64,000 bases of DNA. Origin: an uncultured Planctomycetaceae bacterium. GTDB taxonomy: Bacteria > Planctomycetota > Planctomycetia > Planctomycetales > Planctomycetaceae. The first letter of the stretch is position 1, and every line of letters starts with the position of its first letter. The stretch is taken from the NCBI GenBank assembly GCA_963815195.1, contig CAWFGE010000009.1, positions 40,989-104,988 of the forward strand, written 5' to 3'. Below the pieces are notes generated by a model. That model did not search any database and had not been told where the DNA came from. It saw nothing but the letters and a program-made list of their open reading frames with translations. Of this stretch, positions 58,834-64,000 are shown in pieces. The position numbers were made by a program, and so were the translations under genes.

Positions 58834-60597
58834 ATGAGTCGCAAAATCTGGTGGGCGGGAATATTCGGATTTGCGATCTCCCTCACAGCGTGGATTTTGA
58901 ATTCCAAAGAATCTTCGACTCAGCCACGACCAGGCCCGCTTCCCCCCACAGTTCCCGCTCCGCCTGCGAGCTTTCATCCGGCGGACGCGGTGCCTGTGCT
59001 GATCGAGGCGGGTTGGTCCCGGCCAGCGGCCGAATCGGTCGTCTCCTTAAATGCCCCATACTTCACGGCGCTGAACCAGGATGACCCCGCCGCATGGAAG
59101 AATACGTTGGCTCGTCTGCGGCAACTTGGCCGGCACGCGGGATTGATGGAACTCTTGGAACGGCACCCCGAATTGGCGGGACTCTTGGCCGGGGCTGTGG
59201 ATCCTGTGGCCGTCGCCGCTCCGCTTTACGATGTTCGGAACTATGACGCTTTGGCCGGAATGTATGCCCGCCACGCGTCGAACGTTGATGCCCTGGCCAT
59301 CGCCCTTGGCCATCACAAGCCCGTGATGCTCCGGTTGCAGGAGGCCGGCTTTCCGGGTGCGGAAGCCGTGTTCTTGTATCCGCGGACCGGACAGGCCGCG
59401 GCCGCGTATGGCCGTTGGCTCGACGACCTGTTGGGGCGGGCCGTCCGCCGGGACGAGAACGAACTCATCGCGGCTCTCGGCGTCGTGCTGAGCCAGGGAA
59501 CGGCCATTCGTCGGCGGATGGAGGACGACCTTGAATTTCGCCGCACGTTTTACGAGGACATCTGGCCGCGATTTGAACGACTGGTGGATCGCGGGCACCT
59601 CACGTGGGAGCAGGCGGCTTGGGACAACCACCTGTTCGATCTGCTCGCCCTGCCGGAGGGCGAGGCCCTGGTCGCGAAATGGGGCCTGCTGCCGAGCGAC
59701 ATCCTATTCGGACCGGATCGATACCCAAGGCCCTTGCATTCCCGGCTCATTGCCGCAATGCAAAACGGCGACAACGACACGTTGCATGCGTTGCTGCGAT
59801 TCGGACACCTGAATGGCTTCCAGGACTGCTCGATCGGGAGGGACTAAGCGATAAGACGCTGGCAGCGGCAATCAACCGACTCCAGCAGGTCTCGGATTTC
59901 AATGTCCCTGCGAAGCTGGAGTTTTTCGCTTCGCTGTCGGATGACGCCCTGGCCGAAGAAGTCGGACCGCCCCCCAGCGGGCCCGTCACTTGGCTCCCGC
60001 TCTACGACACCTATCAGGTCGACGAAAAAGCTCATGCAGGGCCGGCCTGTATCAGGGACGGAGTGGGGGTTTGCGTTGGCCGATCCGGCATTAATCTTCC
60101 TGGCGCCGGCCAAAGCGGGAACCAAAGGGGCAAAAATTCTGACCACCACACTCAAAAATAACGCCCGAAAGCAAGCGGCAAAGCGACTTGGAACCCAAGC
60201 CGCGAAGCTCACCGAGAAGGAACTGACGCCTTGGGTGTTTTCTCAGACGCTTCACCGTGTGCGGCAGCAGACGGCCGACTTCCTGAAAAAGAAGCTGACC
60301 TTGGAGATTACCGGTCCGGTCCGGTACTTCTTCCGGGCGACCGGTGTCGGGCGTAAGACTTTTAAGCAGATCAGTACGCTTGGAGTGCGATTGTTCATGC
60401 GGGCCGATGCCAAGGTGCTGGTGCGGTTCGACCGACTCGCCGGGCATCCGGCCGTCAAACGATTTTTCAAAGAGACGGCCCAGAATGCACTCGCTCAGAC
60501 CGCTGCCGGATTCAATGAGACGAATCTTGTTCTGACCGCCTGGCGGCAAAACACGTCGGCTTGGTGGTTCGTCAATGCGGTCGACCTTGCGTCCTAA
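58834..60597 (+). CDS. Membrane-anchored hypothetical protein (frameshifted into 2-3 ORFs)
   Basis: N-terminal hydrophobic segment; ORFs 58834-59847 and 59902-60597 are bridged by a third frame. Confidence 0.55.
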
Positions 60598-60659
60598 GAG
60601 GAAACCGTCGCCGTAGTCACGAGGCCCCGAGACTTTCCATTGATTCCATAAAGTGGAGC

Positions 60660-63219
60660 ATGCTGATGCCGGACCAAACCCCTTCGAAAGCAACCAATTC
60701 GCGGAAGGTTTACCGTTTTGCGCTTTATGGCGTTTCCGCGGCCGGTAAGACCTGCTTGTTGGCGGCCCTGGGAATGAACCGCAAGCCCAATCCAACGGGG
60801 TATGACGCCGTGCGATTGCCCTGTTCGCTGCCCGAGGGTGACCGGGAATCTCAAAACGGGGCCGGCAATGATCCCGCGGCCGCAGCGCGCCGTGGGGAGA
60901 AGTGGTTGGACGATGCTATGGAGGAACTGCGGGAGGGACGAGTCCCGCCCCCCAATCCCATCTCCAAAGAACTCATGACGTACTGGTTCGATATTTCGGC
61001 GCCCGATCGGACTTGGCACGTCGAATTGTTTGACTATTCGGGCGAACTGGTCGACGCGGAAAGCCGCCGACCCCGCGGCCTTGGCGTCGAAATTGCACGA
61101 GCACTTGACGACGATGGACGGACTGTTCGTGCTGACGGCGGCTCCGCACCCGAAGGATTCCCTCGAACGCGACCACCAGGACTTGCAGCTTCTCAAGGAA
61201 GCGTTTACGGCACTCCGCGCGGACGCGAGCGAAGATCCCGTCCTTTCCAAACCGGTGGCCCTGTTGGTCAACAAATGGGATCGGCAACATGAGAATCTCG
61301 CGGGAGATGCCGAATCCGAACGGCCCCACCTCGAAGCGTTCTTGAATGAGGACCGGCACGCCGCATGGCAAGGCGTCGCCCAAGCCATTCAGAACGGCGT
61401 CCTGCCGGGGTGTTTCGAGATTTTTCCCGTCTCGGCTTTTGGAAAACACCAACGCGTGCAGATCGACGACCAGACGATCGAACGCCCGGAGCATCCCGAA
61501 GAACTCCCCGCGTTTGGCTTGGAAGATCCCTTCGTGTGGGCGGCCCGGACAATCGACGAGAAGGATTTGGCCGACTATGAGCAACAAACCAACAATCTGA
61601 GTTTGTTTGGTTGGCCTTGGGAAGCGGTTGCATTGGCCGGACGGGGAACACGGTTGGTCCGGCGCTTTATGCCGGGAACGGAGGAACGGCAACAAGCGGA
61701 GAAGGCGCGGGCAAATAGCCGGCGATTTGCTTTGCTTCATTGCGCCGAGGCCCTTGCCGCTGTCGTCCTTCTCTTTTTAGGGATCGAGTTGTTGTTTGAC
61801 TGGGCGGATTATCAAAAAGCGACGACCGCCCTCAAGGACGAAAAGGCCACACCGGAAGAAACCCGCGAGGCGGAAGCATGGCTCAAAGATTATTCAGAAT
61901 CCTTGGGACTCAGGCATTTGGGATTGGCGACTTGGCGTGTTTCCCGTTCCAAGGCGGTCGAAATTCTCGAAGAATATCATAGGCGGAAAGAAGCCGAAGC
62001 CTGGTCGCGGGTGGAAGAATCTCCCACACCGATTGCGAAAAGCAACGCCGCTAAGAATTATCTCTACCAAGAGGAATTCCAGGCTGGGCCACATGCCGGC
62101 GAAGCGAAGGCGCTGATCGACGAATATGAGCGGCAAATGCGGGTTGAGAAGAACAAAGAGTGGTTAGCCAATCGAAAATCGGCCGCCACCCCAATTCTTG
62201 CATCCGACGATATTACGCAACTCAGAGAAGCCATCGCGGGTTTGGATCAACCACCTCATCCGGCTCGTGCGGACATGGATGACGTTTTTGTCAGCCAACG
62301 GACAGAGCTGAGAAACGGTCTCGATCGGCGGTTGACGGAACTGCTGCTTAAGCAGGACTGGGACCAGTTTTACGCGGGTTACCAAGAGGCGATGGAACAA
62401 CAGCGATTCGACGATGCGGGGAGAATGCTTTATCAGCGAGAACGCGTGGACGAAAACCTGCAGCGAATCAGGATGCAATTCGCAAAGCTGCTGCCGCAGC
62501 AATTGAAGCAGGTTGTGGACGAGTTCATCCAAAAGCAGTATTGGGACGACGCCCGAACGCTTCTACACAACGTGGAGCGCGAGCATGTCGACTGGCCCAC
62601 GGAAATGCGATTCGAGGGGGACGCTCAATTCTTTCAGGATCAACAGCAGCGTGTCGCCGAGGCTCAGGACCGCTTCCTCTATGAGCGATTCCGAAAGCTC
62701 CGCACGGAAGATGCGGCCAATGCCTATCTCGTCGGCCGCGAGCCCGGCGCAATGAAAATGGACGTAAAAAAATACCGGGATTATCTCGAAGCTCAAAAGC
62801 AAAAGCACAGCTTCACGATCGTCCTAGAGGCCATCGAGTGGCCGGAGGATTATCCCGAAGACGATGACAACGTGATTCGGTTCGAGGTGGACGGACACGT
62901 GGCAAAAGAGGTGAAAGAAGTGGAATCGAAACCGAGTCGCAAAACGGGAGAAATTGGCCGCTTTCCGCTCAATGGTGCGCGGCTGTTGAGTTCTTCCGTG
63001 AAACTGAAGGTGGAAATCACGAATGTCGAATCGCTGCTTTGGATCGACTGGGTATGGCGGGACGCCACGGGCGGCAACGGATCGGAAACAGTGAAAATCT
63101 CGCACCTCGATGGCTACCGTCAAAAGCTCAACGCCGGCAAGTGGGGTCAATGCGTGGCCCACTACCGTTTGATCGGAGTCCCCCAAGAACCGGCACTTCC
63201 CCCCTGGAGGCGCCAATGA
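60660..63219 (+). CDS. TRAFAC-class GTPase domain + TM + helical region (frameshift near 61060)
   Basis: G1 GVSAAGKT, G3 DYSGE, G4 NKWD, G5 VSAFG; TM AVVLLFLGIELLF; long helical region and C-terminal beta domain. Confidence 0.8.
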
Positions 63220-64000
63220 ACCAGCCCTGCTTGATCGCCGCCACGCCGCGGGCCGGTCGTTGGAATCACCGGTTTCTGGTTCCCCCGCAAACGAGTTTCT
63301 CGGAAGCCGAGGTCGCCCATTGGGCGGATGAGGCCCGCCGCTCCGATGTTGGTCCGGATTATTTGGCTGCCGTCCGCCAAGGGGTCGTTCAACAGGCGTC
63401 CGGCCGAAGCGGAATAGAACTCTTGATTCTTGTGGCCCTGCCGATCGAGCGTCTCTCCGAATCGGACCGTAGCCGAATCCAAGAGAACCTCACTCGCCGC
63501 CTGGACGAATTGCAACGACTCGTACTCGACGGAATCGATTGGGAACGCAATGGCCGCCAGGTGCTTGTGCCCCGGCAGGAACTTCAACAGTGGTACGAGA
63601 AAGACGTGGCCAGCGTCTTGCAAAAGGCCCCGGGGCGTTTGATTTCAATGTGGCAAAAGAGAAACCAACCCTGGGTGGCTGTCATGTTGGTCGTGATTCT
63701 TTGCGTGCTCGGTTTCATGTTTATGGGGGATGATCTGCTGGAGTCACTGAAACACCGTTTTGCCTCGCAAACGACGGAGAAAAACAATGAGGCCCAGGTC
63801 CTTCCGTCGGACGATTTGGCAATTTGGGCGAGCGCGGTGGGTATTGAGACGGGGGACGTTCCCGCTTCTGAATTGGCGGGCCGGTTGGCCGACAAACTGG
63901 AAGAGAAACTGTTTTTTCTCAAAACGTCTCACGACCCGAAAGCGCCACGGACACTCGCCGAGGACCAGACTCGCTTGCAACAGCGTCTGTACGCATTGTA
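63216..64000 (+). CDS. Hypothetical protein, frameshifted, runs off right edge
   Basis: ATGA overlap with the GTPase stop (MNQPCLIAATPR..); hydrophobic segment near 63670-63730. Confidence 0.4.
   Translation, partial: MNQPCLIAATPRAGRWNHRFLVPPQTSFSEAEVAHWADEARRSDVGPDYLAAVRQGVVQQASGRSGIELLILVALPIERLSESDRSRIQENLTRRLDELQRLVLDGIDWERNGRQVLVPRQELQQWYEKDVASVLQKAPGRLISMWQKRNQPWVAVMLVVILCVLGFMFMGDDLLESLKHRFASQTTEKNNEAQVLPSDDLAIWASAVGIETGDVPASELAGRLADKLEEKLFFLKTSHDPKAPRTLAEDQTRLQQRLYAL

Overview
GC-rich bacterial accessory DNA, most likely from a planctomycete (LEPR-xLL-type N-terminus 'VERLEERVLLT' on a giant secreted protein). Many single-base frameshifts suggest an unpolished long-read assembly. Layout: (1) 1-5.8 kb: secreted beta-propeller genes, a GT2/sulfotransferase fusion and a sulfotransferase. 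(2) 5.9-26.8 kb (-): a 5'-truncated giant adhesin-like polymorphic toxin (Ig/cadherin repeats, beta-helix stalk, Hint, DUF2380-like tip) with its immunity gene and three orphan Hint-toxin/immunity cassettes. Its Hint domain is about 399 aa because about 185 aa carrying two hydrophobic, TM-like helices are inserted right after the first Cys. (3) 26.9-30 kb (-): RNA-repair operon (RNA ligase, HD-kinase, truncated Hen1). (4) 31.6-45.4 kb (-): a second ~13 kb toxin gene (cadherin/Ig, helical stalk, normal 138-aa Hint, AHH nuclease) plus an Imm11-like gene. (5) 46-58.3 kb: a satellite-like mosaic with a D5/P4 helicase, an iteron/inverted-repeat origin, a TOPRIM primase, regulators, recombinase fragments and a lambda-type cos-like site. 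It is punctuated by eight copies of a 26-bp palindrome (AGTTTCCATTG-GCGT-CAATGGAAACT), a second repeat family (CCCAG-N11-CTGGGCAGGCATT) and a dif-like half-site that also occurs 28.9 kb away at 26.8 kb; both half-site copies sit at gene truncations. (6) 58.8-64 kb (+): operon with a TRAFAC GTPase-domain protein. No rRNA, tRNA or CRISPR array was recognised. All family names come from visual motif recognition, not database searches.
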